Under the pieces are notes generated by a model. That model saw nothing but the letters and a program-made list of their open reading frames with translations, did no database searches and was not told the DNA's origin. Made by a program: the position numbers and the translations under genes. DNA of 62,413 nt, filler included, from Corallochytrium limacisporum Hawaii (lineage: Eukaryota > Protista > Pluriformea): assembly GCA_002811645.1 (NCBI GenBank). It is 4 parts of 4 records of this genome, joined end to end, with 100 filler letters (N's around TTAATTAATTAA, not from the genome) between each part and the next. Parts side by side here need not be neighbours in the genome. Positions count along the whole stretch, not along the records: positions 11,628 to 36,574 come from PDIP01000137.1; 3 more parts are not named here. One strand, given 5' to 3'. Positions within the stretch are counted from its first letter, which is position 1, and each line of letters begins with the position of its first letter. Positions 12,893 to 24,224 of this stretch are shown piece after piece.

Positions 12893-13207
12893 ATGATGAG
12901 CACGGGATCAATTCTGCTTGCTGTGGCTGGAGTCACGCTTGTTCACGCCGCTTTCTCCGCAGAACAGTACCGAAAGTATTTGCAGGCAATTGACGAAGAA
13001 TTTGTTGCACTGCCCTCAGATATTGTTGTGCAGAGCTTGATCGGACTGCTGCTTGGTATGGTGGGTGCCGTCCTGAGCTTGCCTCAGCTGGCATCTATCG
13101 ATCCTAAGACACCTCCCAATAAGACCAGCACTGATGAAAACAGCTCAACACCAAGTTTCAATGTCTTCAGCCATCGTGGGCGGAACATGTTCTCTAGCAT
13201 GAAGTAA
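12893..13207 (+). CDS. EMC5: ER membrane complex subunit 5 / membrane magnesium transporter
   Basis: 104 aa, two hydrophobic helices, LVHAAFSAEQYR, LPSDIVVQSL, PSFNVFSHRGR match MMGT1/EMC5 signatures. Confidence 0.9.
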   Translation: MMSTGSILLAVAGVTLVHAAFSAEQYRKYLQAIDEEFVALPSDIVVQSLIGLLLGMVGAVLSLPQLASIDPKTPPNKTSTDENSSTPSFNVFSHRGRNMFSSMK

Positions 13208-13365
13208 CTTTATCCACAGATCACGTATTGAAAATAGCAACAAATACCATTTTGTGATATGGGTCGACAAATGAGAATAATAGTGAAAATATCATATTTA
13301 GAATAGCAAGATGACTGTAGGTTTTGATTGTAGCCTTTTCTGTATTGAACTTTAGTAGTACCATC

Positions 13366-13692
13366 TTAGAAACGCTTTGCGATTTCGTCCTGGTTGGTCT
13401 TGTCTAGTAAGACCAAGTTCCACTTACTGTGCTGGTATAGGGGATCCTTAGGGTGCTTGTCCAATATGGAAACGACCTCTTCCGGGGGTTCCAGTCCCAG
13501 TTTTTCTGCATTCTCCCAACGTTCCCGTCGTGTCAATCCAACCTGCGGCCCGAAATCCATGTTCAGATCAAACCTCTGCAGAATTTGGAGATCAGGATCT
13601 TCAACTTCCTTCTTGATCTGCTGTGTCGGACGGGTGCGTTGGACCCTGAACTGTGTATCCAAAGTTCCAGCCTGTCGCTTTGGGGGCACCAT
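13366..13692 (-). CDS. POLD4: DNA polymerase delta subunit 4 (p12/Cdm1)
   Basis: LQRFDLNMDFGPQVGLTRRERWENAEKLGLEPPEEV matches the POLD4 FDL..yGP..G.tR.eRW.RA..lGL.PP signature. Confidence 0.9.
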   Translation of the reverse strand: MVPPKRQAGTLDTQFRVQRTRPTQQIKKEVEDPDLQILQRFDLNMDFGPQVGLTRRERWENAEKLGLEPPEEVVSILDKHPKDPLYQHSKWNLVLLDKTNQDEIAKRF

Positions 13693-14451
13693 GTTTTCTG
13701 TCCTGAATTTCTCTTATATATATTTGACGCCGTTCTGTCTCGCTTTCGCAGATTTAACTTGGCTGACTGTGGCCCTGATTTCTAAAACTAGATCCCCATA
13801 ATACCTTGCAGCGCTGCGCACTCGACTCAGGTCTTCAATGTCCAAAGAGGATCAACAGAATAGGTCGTGAAGAAATTGTGAAACGCAAACACAACGGGCC
13901 CAATTCGTCCGAATGTACACAGAGCGTCCCGGGGCACCGCACCAAACCATCCCAACAGTTTGCGGCGATGCTCTTCTCCCGCACCCAACCTTTTCCATTG
14001 CAGAACCCTGCGAGAACCCTGCAGTTTTCGCGCAGGCAGGGTTCTCCACCAGGCTGTCCGGGAGGCAGAACAACAGAAAAAACACAAGACGCCCGACCCA
14101 TCGAAATTTTGGGGGCACGGGTGCGTGCCCTCCTCCCAGAATTTATTCTTGCTGCACTCTGTGCCTGTGGCTTTTTCTTAGATTTCGCATTAGGTACTGA
14201 ATTTCTATTGCAATATTTTTCGCAAATGGAGTAGAGCTCTTGAGGGGGGGGGCCCACTTGTGGCCCATTCTGAGCTCATAGAAGTACGAAAGATCCGTCT
14301 GCGAGAGCTAACTAGTGCGATTACAATTAACTGGCACTGCTCGATCAATCATTGGATAACGAGTAGATACTGAATATGATACAATTTCTAATACTTATAA
14401 CTATTGCTTTTCTCGTTCATGATGGCAGTGACAGCAATCTGTTGAAACCGC

Positions 14452-15423
14452 TCATGTCTTCTTCACAAGTTTGGGTGGAGTTGATTTCATGTCGTCCTCC
14501 TTCTTGATGTCCGCCTCAGTTGCTGTGCGTTTCTTCTTGGGAGAAAAAAAGGAAGTTATTTTGTTAACCTTTCTGGGCTTGACGCAGTCTGGAGAATCGT
14601 TCTTCATGTTGTTCACGACCTGACTGACTTCCTGGAACTTGAGGTCTGTGGATCCCTTTAGAAGATGCTTGACTTCACTGAAGTCTTTGGAGGAGTCAAC
14701 CCACTCATTGATTTCTTCCTGGGTGTTCAGAATCACAGGCATGCGATCGTGTAACCAGCTCATCGGTTTGCTTGCCTCTGTCGTAATCACTGTGAAAGTG
14801 TACTTGACGGGATCTTCCTCGTCCGTCTTGTCAATGTATGAGCTGTAAAGTCCGGCGAAGTACATCAGCCCTCCAGTGTTCTTCTGCTGAGCGTCGCTGG
14901 TGATCATGTACGGTACCTTCTCCTTGCCCTGTTGCTGCCATTCAAAGAAACATTGCACTGGGATCGCACAGCGCTTGTTCAACACAATTTTGAACATGTT
15001 GCGCTCCTCGAGTGTCTCGGCACGCGCGTTGATCGCTCTCGCAATCGTTGGCCAGTCAGGCTTCTCCTTCTGCCACGGGGGAACGAGGCCCCATTGCATA
15101 GTCTGTAGAAACTTTTCCGAATGGTTTTCTCCGACCATGTCATCAATCTCTTGCTCTGCTTTGACCTTAAGCTCATAGTTTTTTTGCCGTTCGTCTACCT
15201 TCTGGTCGTTCTTATTGTCATGGTCAGCGGGTTTGTGCTGCTTTGGGGCAGATCCTTGCTTGTGTATGTGGCGACCTGGAGTACGCATCACTGGTTGTGC
15301 CCTGCCAGGTCCTATATTGTAGCCGGATCGGAACCTGTCCTTCTTTTTCCAGTGGTCTGGATTGGTCTGTGTCTTCTTGGCAATGTCCTCCGGTGCCAGA
15401 GGCAAAGCATACCTGCCACACAT
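14452..15423 (-). CDS. HMCES: SRAP-domain abasic-site processing protein
   Basis: N-terminal MCGRY (catalytic Cys2), MQWGLVP, INARAET, FFEW, HDRMPVIL; C-terminal PIP-like KITSFF. Confidence 0.93.
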   Translation of the reverse strand: MCGRYALPLAPEDIAKKTQTNPDHWKKKDRFRSGYNIGPGRAQPVMRTPGRHIHKQGSAPKQHKPADHDNKNDQKVDERQKNYELKVKAEQEIDDMVGENHSEKFLQTMQWGLVPPWQKEKPDWPTIARAINARAETLEERNMFKIVLNKRCAIPVQCFFEWQQQGKEKVPYMITSDAQQKNTGGLMYFAGLYSSYIDKTDEEDPVKYTFTVITTEASKPMSWLHDRMPVILNTQEEINEWVDSSKDFSEVKHLLKGSTDLKFQEVSQVVNNMKNDSPDCVKPRKVNKITSFFSPKKKRTATEADIKKEDDMKSTPPKLVKKT

Positions 15424-16885
15424 TTCTGCTGCTTGTCAAATCAGCGACTATGCTCATAGGGGCCAAGTCCCTTTGTGATACGATAACATTGAAGATCATT
15501 CCTCACGACATGCAGCGGCCATCTTATACCACTTTCCTGACCGCCCTGGCTTCCGCAATTCCCTATGCACTGGGCAATTAATGCGAATCCGCCCGCCCTA
15601 TCTAGTTTTCCATCGCAGACCGGGCGCCCATACCCCTACGGTATTACGTAAGTAAGTGCACACACCGCATCCCTCCTCAAAGTACAAACTGGAAGGGGGG
15701 GGGATGAAATTATTGTTCAGTTGTGAATATACCGAAATACCCTCCCGAGCGTTGAACACATATTGGTGAGCCTATAGCGAATGTATTACACCATCGAGAA
15801 ACCTGCTAATCTCCTGGCCGTTTCAGGGCGATGGCCCGAAAACTCTTGAGCCTGGATATGGTCTTATATTAGCAATCGCGTAGAGTACGGTACTAAAAGT
15901 AGCGAAAATGGGACCGGGGGTGTTGGACAGGATTCGTCGCACTCTCCAAAGTCCCTCACTTGTGCTTCGATAAAACCCCAACAGAACTACTACAAATTGG
16001 CCCAATATTGCCCAGTCTAACGCCCAGGTACCTGCCAGTTCCAAAACCCTGGCCCTGTGCCTACTCTCCGCCACCATCGTTCGTCGTCGTGGATGGCTGA
16101 AATTGGGGACCCCTTGGGGGAAGGGGGAGGGGGGGAAAAAAAGGAAGGGGTTCGCCGCTGGGGGAGATCCCAATTGCTTGTGTTTCGTTCCTTCCTTTCT
16201 TCTTTCCTTCCTCATTTTTTTTTTTCTGGTTGCGTTTCTAAATTTTCATCTGTTGTGTGGTAGGGGGGGTTATTCTCCAATCGCTGTGTGGCAAGACCCG
16301 CGCCGGTGGGACTTCGGCGCTGAAAGGAAAGGGTTTTCGGGTCAGCCATAGAAAATCTACCGAACTGGAGCAGAAGGAGTGTGAAAGATAGAGCAGAAGA
16401 GTACGCCAGAGGTCTCGCACAAAAATGAAAACAATCAAAGAAGCACGAATGACGGAATCTTTGGGCGCTAGGTGGGCCTCGAGCGTTCATTGCCACCGCT
16501 TCGAGGTGGTCCGATCACGACCGTTTCTGATGGTTTCCTACTCGTGTTTATATGTCCTGATCCTAATGTCCTGCTTGTTTAAGGTTCTTGAAGAGTGGGG
16601 CTTGAAATTACTGACCAGATATCGGCTGGTGATTCAATAATGAGCACCTCCTGACCGCACCCGGGCGTGGTAAAGAAACACCAGTGAACAGGAATTGAAG
16701 TGGGTCAGAGTGGGCGTATTGTAAAACGCGAAATTGTTGCGCACAATTCGAAACAGAAAATCACTATCCTTTGGTTTAAAAATGCAGTTGTAGACTAATC
16801 TTCGGGAAATCTTGGTTTGATAGTTGGTGGACACTAGCTGTATTGGGCTTTAAGAGCTGAGGTACGTGACCACAAGCGACAAAAC

Positions 16886-18472
16886 ATGTCGTTTCGACCT
16901 CGTGCGGGCACGACGGTCGCTGGACCTATATCAGAACCGACCCAGGCATACAATGCACTGGCCACACAGTCCACTTCGGTACTCCCCGATGTTACAGAGG
17001 AACCAGAGCGGACACCGACCCAACAAGGAGCGACAGCCGCGAAGGGGACCGTAGTGAAGTCTTTGTCTGACTACGATGGACCTCAGACAGCACAGAATGA
17101 GAGAGTAGGATTCTTGAAACGTATCCGTCGTCGTCTGTCATCTGCAGGTACCACGAGACCAGTACCAAAGGATTTACAACCTCCGGCCAACGGCACCAGC
17201 AATCAGAATGCAGTTCCACTAAGCGAGCAAGGGAAATTCGGCCTGCTCCGAACAAGCATTGGACACATGGAAACTGTGCCATCGCTGGCGAATGGAAGCA
17301 GCAGTGCTGAGGACATCTCGAAGGCAAAACAACGTAACAGCTCTGCCTTGAAATATGGTGGGTCAAATTCCAGTGCGCCACGCTTCTTAAGGTCTCGTGC
17401 ATTGACAGAGCCTTGGCAGTCCAAAAGAGCACTACATATCCGTCCCGACGCACAATTTGGTAAGTCAGAGTCCTATCGTAAGTTAAACAAGTTGGGTGAA
17501 GGCACGTATGCACATGTATTCAAGGGCATCAGTAGTATCACGGGCGAAACGGTCGCCCTAAAGGAAATCAATCTGGACCAAGAGGAGGGTGCACCATGTA
17601 CAGCCATCCGTGAGATTAGCTTATTGCGGGAGCTGAAGCATTCGAACATTGTTACTTTACACGACATTATCCATACCCCGGCACAACTCACGCTGGTCTT
17701 CGAGTATCTGCCGCTGGACCTGAAACAGTACATCGATCACGCGCGGGGCTATATTGATTTGGGCAACGTCCGGCTCTTCCTCTTCCAGATATTCCGGGCA
17801 CTGGACTACTGTCACAAACGTAGGATCCTGCATCGAGACCTTAAGCCACAGAATCTGCTAATTAACAAAGCTGGTGATGTCAAGTTGGCTGACTTTGGTT
17901 TGGCCAGAGCAAAGGGTGTGCCGATCAAAACCTTCAGTTCAGAAGTCGTCACGCTCTGGTACCGCGCACCTGACGTGTTGCTTGGCAGCGTAGACTACAA
18001 TGGAACCATTGATCAGTGGAGCGCAGGGTGTGTGTTGGCAGAAATGATTACAGGCAGGGCGCCGTTCCCGGGTAAGAACAATGTTGACGAACTTCTCCTG
18101 ATCTTCAAGTTGTTAGGTACGCCCAATGAGGAAACCTGGCCTGGAGTTACGTCGTTACCAGAGTGGAGTCGACGCTTCCCTGTGTACCCTGCTACGCCGA
18201 TGAACCGAATCTTGCCGCGTTTGGATGCGCCCGGCATTGATCTTGCCTCGCAGCTGCTCTCTCTGGACCCTTCAAAGCGTCCAAGTGCAGTAGAGGCGAT
18301 GCAGCATCCGTTCTTCAGCGATTACTTTGCGCCTGAGGTATACGAATTGCGCAATGACCAGGCCCTCTCATCTGTACCTGGTCTGCAGCTCAGGGCAGAA
18401 CGCAACGGAGCACGCCGCGGCACCGGACCATCGAAACATTTCCAGCGTCGTCCCTCAAGCCTTATTGTATGA
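16886..18472 (+). CDS. PCTAIRE-type cyclin-dependent kinase (CDK16/17/18 family)
   Basis: [64 protein letters not shown]; long N-terminal extension. Confidence 0.95.
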   Translation: MSFRPRAGTTVAGPISEPTQAYNALATQSTSVLPDVTEEPERTPTQQGATAAKGTVVKSLSDYDGPQTAQNERVGFLKRIRRRLSSAGTTRPVPKDLQPPANGTSNQNAVPLSEQGKFGLLRTSIGHMETVPSLANGSSSAEDISKAKQRNSSALKYGGSNSSAPRFLRSRALTEPWQSKRALHIRPDAQFGKSESYRKLNKLGEGTYAHVFKGISSITGETVALKEINLDQEEGAPCTAIREISLLRELKHSNIVTLHDIIHTPAQLTLVFEYLPLDLKQYIDHARGYIDLGNVRLFLFQIFRALDYCHKRRILHRDLKPQNLLINKAGDVKLADFGLARAKGVPIKTFSSEVVTLWYRAPDVLLGSVDYNGTIDQWSAGCVLAEMITGRAPFPGKNNVDELLLIFKLLGTPNEETWPGVTSLPEWSRRFPVYPATPMNRILPRLDAPGIDLASQLLSLDPSKRPSAVEAMQHPFFSDYFAPEVYELRNDQALSSVPGLQLRAERNGARRGTGPSKHFQRRPSSLIV

Positions 18473-18569
18473 TATCAGAGGTTTGATATAAATACGTTAT
18501 AACAATTTCTTCTTTATTGCCAGGACCCACCGTAATACGAATTCCTATTAACTATGGTACATGTTCCAT

Positions 18570-18896
18570 TTATTCCCGCTTACTGCGACCCTTAGTTACT
18601 CGCGTAGGTTTTGCCTTGACCTGTTTTCCGTTCTGATTGCCCTCCTCTGCCGGTGGCAGATTGGTGATTTCCGCAATGAAGTAGTTGATGGCACCCCAGA
18701 GCACGATGGTGGTAACCAACATGAAGATTACATGGAAGTTAAACTCCCACCCAAACCCCAACAAGAGTAGGGACCCAAAGAGGCCCGCGAAGGCAACATT
18801 TGTCACAATAATAACACCGCTATTAACCCCAGGTGTGTTAATGGAGTCAACTACGTCCCCGATGACACCTTTGCTTTCTTGCTGTGACATGACCAT
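18570..18896 (-). CDS. PKR1: Pkr1-like ER V-ATPase assembly factor
   Basis: SINTPGVNS..IIVTNVAFAGL, NFHV, LWGAINYFIAEI; two TM helices and a basic tail, matching the yeast Pkr1 pattern; start at ATG 18896 or 18890. Confidence 0.75.
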   Translation of the reverse strand: MVMSQQESKGVIGDVVDSINTPGVNSGVIIVTNVAFAGLFGSLLLLGFGWEFNFHVIFMLVTTIVLWGAINYFIAEITNLPPAEEGNQNGKQVKAKPTRVTKGRSKRE

Positions 18897-19319
18897 TCCA
18901 GCACCCACCTACACCGTACAAAACCGTTCACGACACACAACACGACTCACACACTAAGAGTTTTGACCTTCCATTCCATACCTTCGCTGTGACAAACACA
19001 TGTTGAAACTCTTGTCCAATAGAAAAGCTTGACAACCGTACATTGGACCATGACTCGGAGAGGCCCGACACGAACGCAAAACAGTGTTAACCCACCGACC
19101 CATTCCACGCGCGAACCGGGGGGGGGGCCGGCCCCACCAGGGAGGCGGGCCCCTGCGTGTCCACATAAATTAGGCCCCGCCCTGGGGCAACGGGGGGGGG
19201 GGGTTCAAACACCCCGGGGCCTTCGTCATCCGCCCAGGGTCTTGGCCTGGCTCCCATTTTCCTGGCCCAATTGCCTGCCACCCGCCCCTTTCGGCCGCTC
19301 CGTCTCTCCAGTGTTCTCC

Positions 19320-19337
19320 CTCCCCCCCGGGGGGGAG
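19320..19337. promoter_or_regulatory. 18-bp perfect palindrome CTCCCCCCCGGGGGGGAG in the divergent Pkr1/EF-hand intergenic GC island
   Basis: Palindrome seen directly; regulatory role inferred from position and recurrence. Confidence 0.4.
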
Positions 19338-20832
19338 TGTCCAAACTCCTAAGCGAATTCCTCAGTGCGGAACAAACAGTAGTGAGTCAACCGCACTGTG
19401 GGCACCGAGCGTGAGACGATGGAGCACCTCGTAAGACAGTTGAAAGTTGACGTAGGGGTAAAAATATTTTTCTTCCCCGTCTTCTGTCTCTCCCCAATTG
19501 GAGCAATTAAGACAACCCCCAAGAGCCCGTTGGTAAAAATTAATTTCTTCAATATCCAGTACATTTACTACTGCAAGCTTCCCGCTCCACGACTTGCCTA
19601 AAATGAACCGAGACCGTCGTTCTTCTCTCGCTCTCTCTCACACACGCACCTGGAACCGGCCGGGAAGACCACCAATCCGGCCCCACTTCTGGTTTCCATT
19701 CCGTACATTATGTACCGAAATCTCGCATTTTCCACAGGCCCTTCTTTCTCCGTCCGCCATCGTTTCGAGTGCCAGCTCACCCCCCCCCCGGGGCCCCCTT
19801 GGGGCCAACTCCCGGTGCTGTTCAAAACATTCATAATCCATCAATCGGCAATTTGCAAAATACCGGTCGTCCTAGCGCACCCAGTGTCTTTCGCTTTAGT
19901 GTCTCCGATGTGGGTGAGTGAGTGAGTGAGTGTGTCTTGGGTGACCAGAAATCAAACGAGGGCTATTCCCGGGCGAATTATTGTCCAAACCGTCCGGTCC
20001 GTGGGGCAGGAAGATAGGAACACACAAAAACCAAAGCAAAAAAAGGAACCTAAAAAAATAAAATAAACAAGGTCGCGGCGAACCCAAAGGGAAACATAGA
20101 AAACTAACCATGGCGAAAAGTTTGAGAACAGCCCGTGCCAAAATCGGCAGCATTTTGGAACGCATCAGGACAAACAGTCGAACACCAAAACACCCCGCGG
20201 AGCCGGGACGGAAGCGGGGTCATCTTGATTTTGGCGACGATCAGCTGTTCAGGGTGCAACGAAGGAAAAGGTTTTAGGGGGAGGGGGAGCGTTAGGTTCT
20301 TTGGTTGGCATCGTCGTCATTAACACCCAGGGAGGGCCCCTCCGGAGGGGGGGGAGGGGAGGAGAAAACCACCGTTGGTCTCTACAGGTTGCGAAGCAAA
20401 TTGGATAACCACCGGTACTAGGTCACAGCCCCTCCCCCAAACGGGAGAGGGGGTGGATGCAGTTTGGGCTGGAATGGGGGAATGACAACGCAGAAGGGAT
20501 GTTGAAGTACGCCTTTGTATGATGCGCAGTCGATCACATTTCACTGGTTTCTTGTTCTCGGGCGAATCGGTGCGAACGGACGTTGACGTTTTGGTGCGAT
20601 TAATGGTGTCATGGCACCATATTATGGTACTTGAATTCCTGAGTCATCACCAGAATAAGGGTTCTGCAGCAAGAGAAAGCAAAAGACAAGCGATAAGTTA
20701 GATCCACAAAAACACACACACGCTTTGCACAACAACGCTCACGTGACACGAACACTAGGAGCGAAACACAAGCAAACAGCAACGATAGAGCCAATCAAGT
20801 GCAATCGCAGAAGGAAGAAGAGCGATTCGTCA

Positions 20833-21345
20833 ATGTCTGGCTACCCTCCTCCAGCTCCCGGTGGCTACGGTTATCCGGGCTACGGTCAGCCGCCCCAGGG
20901 GTATGGCAATCCTCCGCAAGGTGGAGGAGCGCCACCACCAGATCTGCCTCCGCCGTATGACCCAAATATGACTCAAGGTCAACCCTATCCTCCCCCGAGT
21001 CAGGGAGGTTACGGCGGATATCCGCCACCTGGAGGATACGGAGGCTATCCTCCTCAACCTCAGGGCTACGGTCAGCCTCCGCAGCCCCAAGGCTACGGAC
21101 AACCTCCCGGTGGATACGGTGCACCTCCCGGGGGTAAGCAGCAACGGGCAATGAATGCATTTGATCAGATTGACTCTGACCGGAATGGAATTTTGGACGT
21201 GAACGAGTTCCTGCGGGCAATGCAACTGCTGGGTATGCAGATGACGTATCAGGATGCACAGCAGGTCTTCGCAATCATTGATGTGGACCGTAACGGCACT
21301 GTGTCGAGGAATGAGTTCGCAGAGTTCTATGCAGCAAACTACTAG
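20833..21345 (+). CDS. Gly/Pro/Tyr/Gln-rich protein with two C-terminal EF-hands
   Basis: GYPP/GYGQPP repeats, then canonical loops DSDRNGILDVNE and DVDRNGTVSRNE; first in-frame ATG at 20833. Confidence 0.88.
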   Translation: MSGYPPPAPGGYGYPGYGQPPQGYGNPPQGGGAPPPDLPPPYDPNMTQGQPYPPPSQGGYGGYPPPGGYGGYPPQPQGYGQPPQPQGYGQPPGGYGAPPGGKQQRAMNAFDQIDSDRNGILDVNEFLRAMQLLGMQMTYQDAQQVFAIIDVDRNGTVSRNEFAEFYAANY

Positions 21346-21437
21346 AGGATTCGGTTGAATTCAAAACATGTCACCCTTAGCAAATTGTAAGAACTGGCAC
21401 CATAAGCAACTTTGTCACGATATGATTAACGAGTATT

Positions 21438-22646
21438 TTAAGTATTTTCATTGTACACGTAGTCCTGGTCATCTTCTCCGGGTGCAACTAGGCTTCTGGA
21501 GCTACGTAGCTGATTTGTAAGCTGGTAACTCTCCCGCTCGAGGACCCATACTTCGATGGCAGAACACTGAAACTCCTCCGCACTGGCAAGGCAGGGGTTG
21601 TCAAACACATCCGTCGCACGGCTGGTGCCCCTGAAGAGATCATGATCTAGGAAGATCGCGAAGCCTTCACCACCGCCTCCAAACATTAGGCAGTTCTCAT
21701 CCGCAGCCATGAAGTATTCCTTACTGCCGGTCCAGCGGTACGGTGTCAAATTCACCTCGTCCTCTTGCTGCACTTGCTCTACGCCCAGAGTAAAACAGAA
21801 GCATTCCCCAGTACCGTAGTATTGTTGACGGCTTGGATGCCACGGATCCGATGTAAAGCAGCCAAAGCGGTGGCCAGCGTCATCCTTGATGATGGTGACA
21901 CACGGTGCCGCCACATTGGCCAGATGCCGGAATAAAGTGTTCATAGAGTATCCATTTACGAATGTGGAGTACGCCTTGTGCCACTTCTTTTGGATCAACC
22001 GTTTCGGCAGAATTTTCATCATACAACGAACCTCTGCAGGTGTAATCAAATCCGACTCCTGCATGAGGAAGACTGCGTCACCCGGCTCAGCCAAAAGATC
22101 GTTGAAAGCTTCATCTGCGAGAGCCTTTGATCTAGCCTTTCTTGCCTCTTCCTCGTGAGCCAGGTCACCCAACAAATACTCCGAGGCATATTCCGATGCC
22201 ATCTCGAAGCCTGCTCCTATCGTCGACGGGACGAGCCCAAATACAGCACCTAAAAACTCTCCAAAAGTCTCTGGTATCTCCTCGTACGTGTCATGAGTTC
22301 GTTGACTATGCTCAGTGCTTTCAGATACATGTCGAGGAGCAGCCTGTCTTTCACCTGGGTCTGTGATATCTGTATGGCTCCGCTGGAGAATTCTTGGGTT
22401 GACTTCGTTGCTGTTTATCCCCGGATCACTTACATATCTTGACCTTTGACTTCGGTGGCGAGAGGAATTTCCCGGAAACACCCTGCCTGGCGTCCCACTC
22501 GACGATGAAGCCCGGTTGTCCCTATCTACTATTTCCCAGTCCTCACTTTCCTTTTCGGAGTCTATTGAGTTTCTTTGTTTTCGATTACTTGATTCACCGA
22601 ACCAATTGTATGCTTCCTCAAGCATAAAATCGGACGTCCCGTCCAT
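21438..22646 (-). CDS. TLDc-domain protein (OXR1/NCOA7-like)
   Basis: WHKAYSTFVNGYSMNTLF, FGCF, YYGTGECFCF, YRWTG, FGGGGEGFAIFLD, FDNPCL, IEVW. Confidence 0.92.
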   Translation of the reverse strand: MDGTSDFMLEEAYNWFGESSNRKQRNSIDSEKESEDWEIVDRDNRASSSSGTPGRVFPGNSSRHRSQRSRYVSDPGINSNEVNPRILQRSHTDITDPGERQAAPRHVSESTEHSQRTHDTYEEIPETFGEFLGAVFGLVPSTIGAGFEMASEYASEYLLGDLAHEEEARKARSKALADEAFNDLLAEPGDAVFLMQESDLITPAEVRCMMKILPKRLIQKKWHKAYSTFVNGYSMNTLFRHLANVAAPCVTIIKDDAGHRFGCFTSDPWHPSRQQYYGTGECFCFTLGVEQVQQEDEVNLTPYRWTGSKEYFMAADENCLMFGGGGEGFAIFLDHDLFRGTSRATDVFDNPCLASAEEFQCSAIEVWVLERESYQLTNQLRSSRSLVAPGEDDQDYVYNENT

Positions 22647-24224
22647 GATGAATGCAATATCGGTGGGTACGCAATTGTGTAGACTATGTCATGCTGTTCC
22701 ACATCCTGTTCTATGTAATCCCTTTGCCGACGTGCCAGATTGGTGTGATATAAAATTGGACCACTTTCCTAAGTAGGAAGCCAGTGGAGTTGCTTGCCAA
22801 GTGAAATAGCCACCACAAAAGCACTCAGTGCTCTCGGTCATCATTTTCCCTGGGAGACCGGCCGTTCACCCACTTTATTTTCGCTTACTCTGACGCCCAA
22901 ATCCCTCCGGCTCTCGCTCTCGGTGCGTAAATGCGCCTGCTTACAAAAGCAGCAGCGATCGCTATTTGCCCCATTTTTCTCCCCGTTCTTTCGTCCTCCC
23001 CCGCTGGACACTTGGCGGTCTGCAACAACCGGGAGAGCTGGCCCCCACTCCCTTTGCCTCTCTCCTGCCGGCGGCAAGGCCGGACGCAGTAGTGGTGGGA
23101 ATGGGGGATGCTCGGGGAGCCCCCAGTATTCTCGTGAATACTTTCAATGATAAAGATAAAAAAAAAGAGATTTAGTGATGGCCGGGAGGGGAGGGGAGGC
23201 CTCCTCCCCTTGGGCAGTGGTAGGAGACCGAGTTGGTCCGAACCCCCTTGGGGCGAAGCGAGTCTGCCATTGCCCACTACGCCCCTTTGAAAGCCGCAGG
23301 AGCTTCTGCGCGGTATGGAAATAGGCCCCCGATTACACCAGTCCCAGATTTGAGAGTACTGAGCAGGGTCACTTCAGAGCGAGTGACAGAAGTCAGCTTT
23401 CACCTGCGTACTCCGTTGTTGGGAGGTGTGTAGATGCGCAACATCCTCTCCTGCCGCTGGCGTCCTCAGGAAGCGCATCCACCGAGAAGGTGTTGTATGA
23501 GAGATGCGATTGCTGTGCCGCTGAGAAAGGATTACCACCAAAATCCCATTCTGTTTCCCCTGTGTGAACCTTCCCCCCCCTTGTCATCCTAGCGAAGGCC
23601 CAAAGGTAAGGCAACCAACCCCTTACCTGAATATGTCGCCTATAGTCGGCCCGCCCCCACCGGTACGCGGTACGGCCCGTGGTACTGGCCACAGAATCAC
23701 ACGAGTTAAGGAAACTTCGAGCAGGGTCGAACTCATATTTATGTGCTGTGTGTATGCGGCAAACCACTATGGAACCAGCTTTTCCGTGTCCGTTCCATCC
23801 GAAACGGGTTTAAGTGTGCGGATCCATATCAGTATTATTTTCCTTGGGAGGTTTGCAGCCAATTCCGTCTTCAGCGAGTGTCGAGCCTCGGCATTATAAG
23901 AGTCTCGTGGGCATTGGTGGGCGTGCTGTTGCGACTGCGTGTCTGCGTATGGACATTGATGACGTCTGCGTGAGATTTGGGTTCTTTGGTCAGCTAAGAG
24001 GCATATCTTCGCTCCTTACGGAGAGACGGTGCAACTAGTGTTTGGTTCTGCTCTACATTGCTGTGCGTGACGTCTCAATTTATTTCTGGTGTCCCTTCAA
24101 TGACGGTTGGGACTTACAAGTGAAATGGTATTTCATGGTGGACGTGTGGGACGTCCACTTTGTCAGCCGTTGGGACGATACGTATATTTTGTTGCAAAAT
24201 TGCAATTGGTTTGTCAACCGCACC

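Noticed and set aside
24042-24224. N-terminal extension of the HAD ORF in the supplied track
   Set aside because: Begins at TTG; ATG 24225 has strong context. Similar non-ATG extensions were trimmed for the UFD1-like, EF-hand, CDK20, GPCR, aquaporin, SDR and GT54 genes
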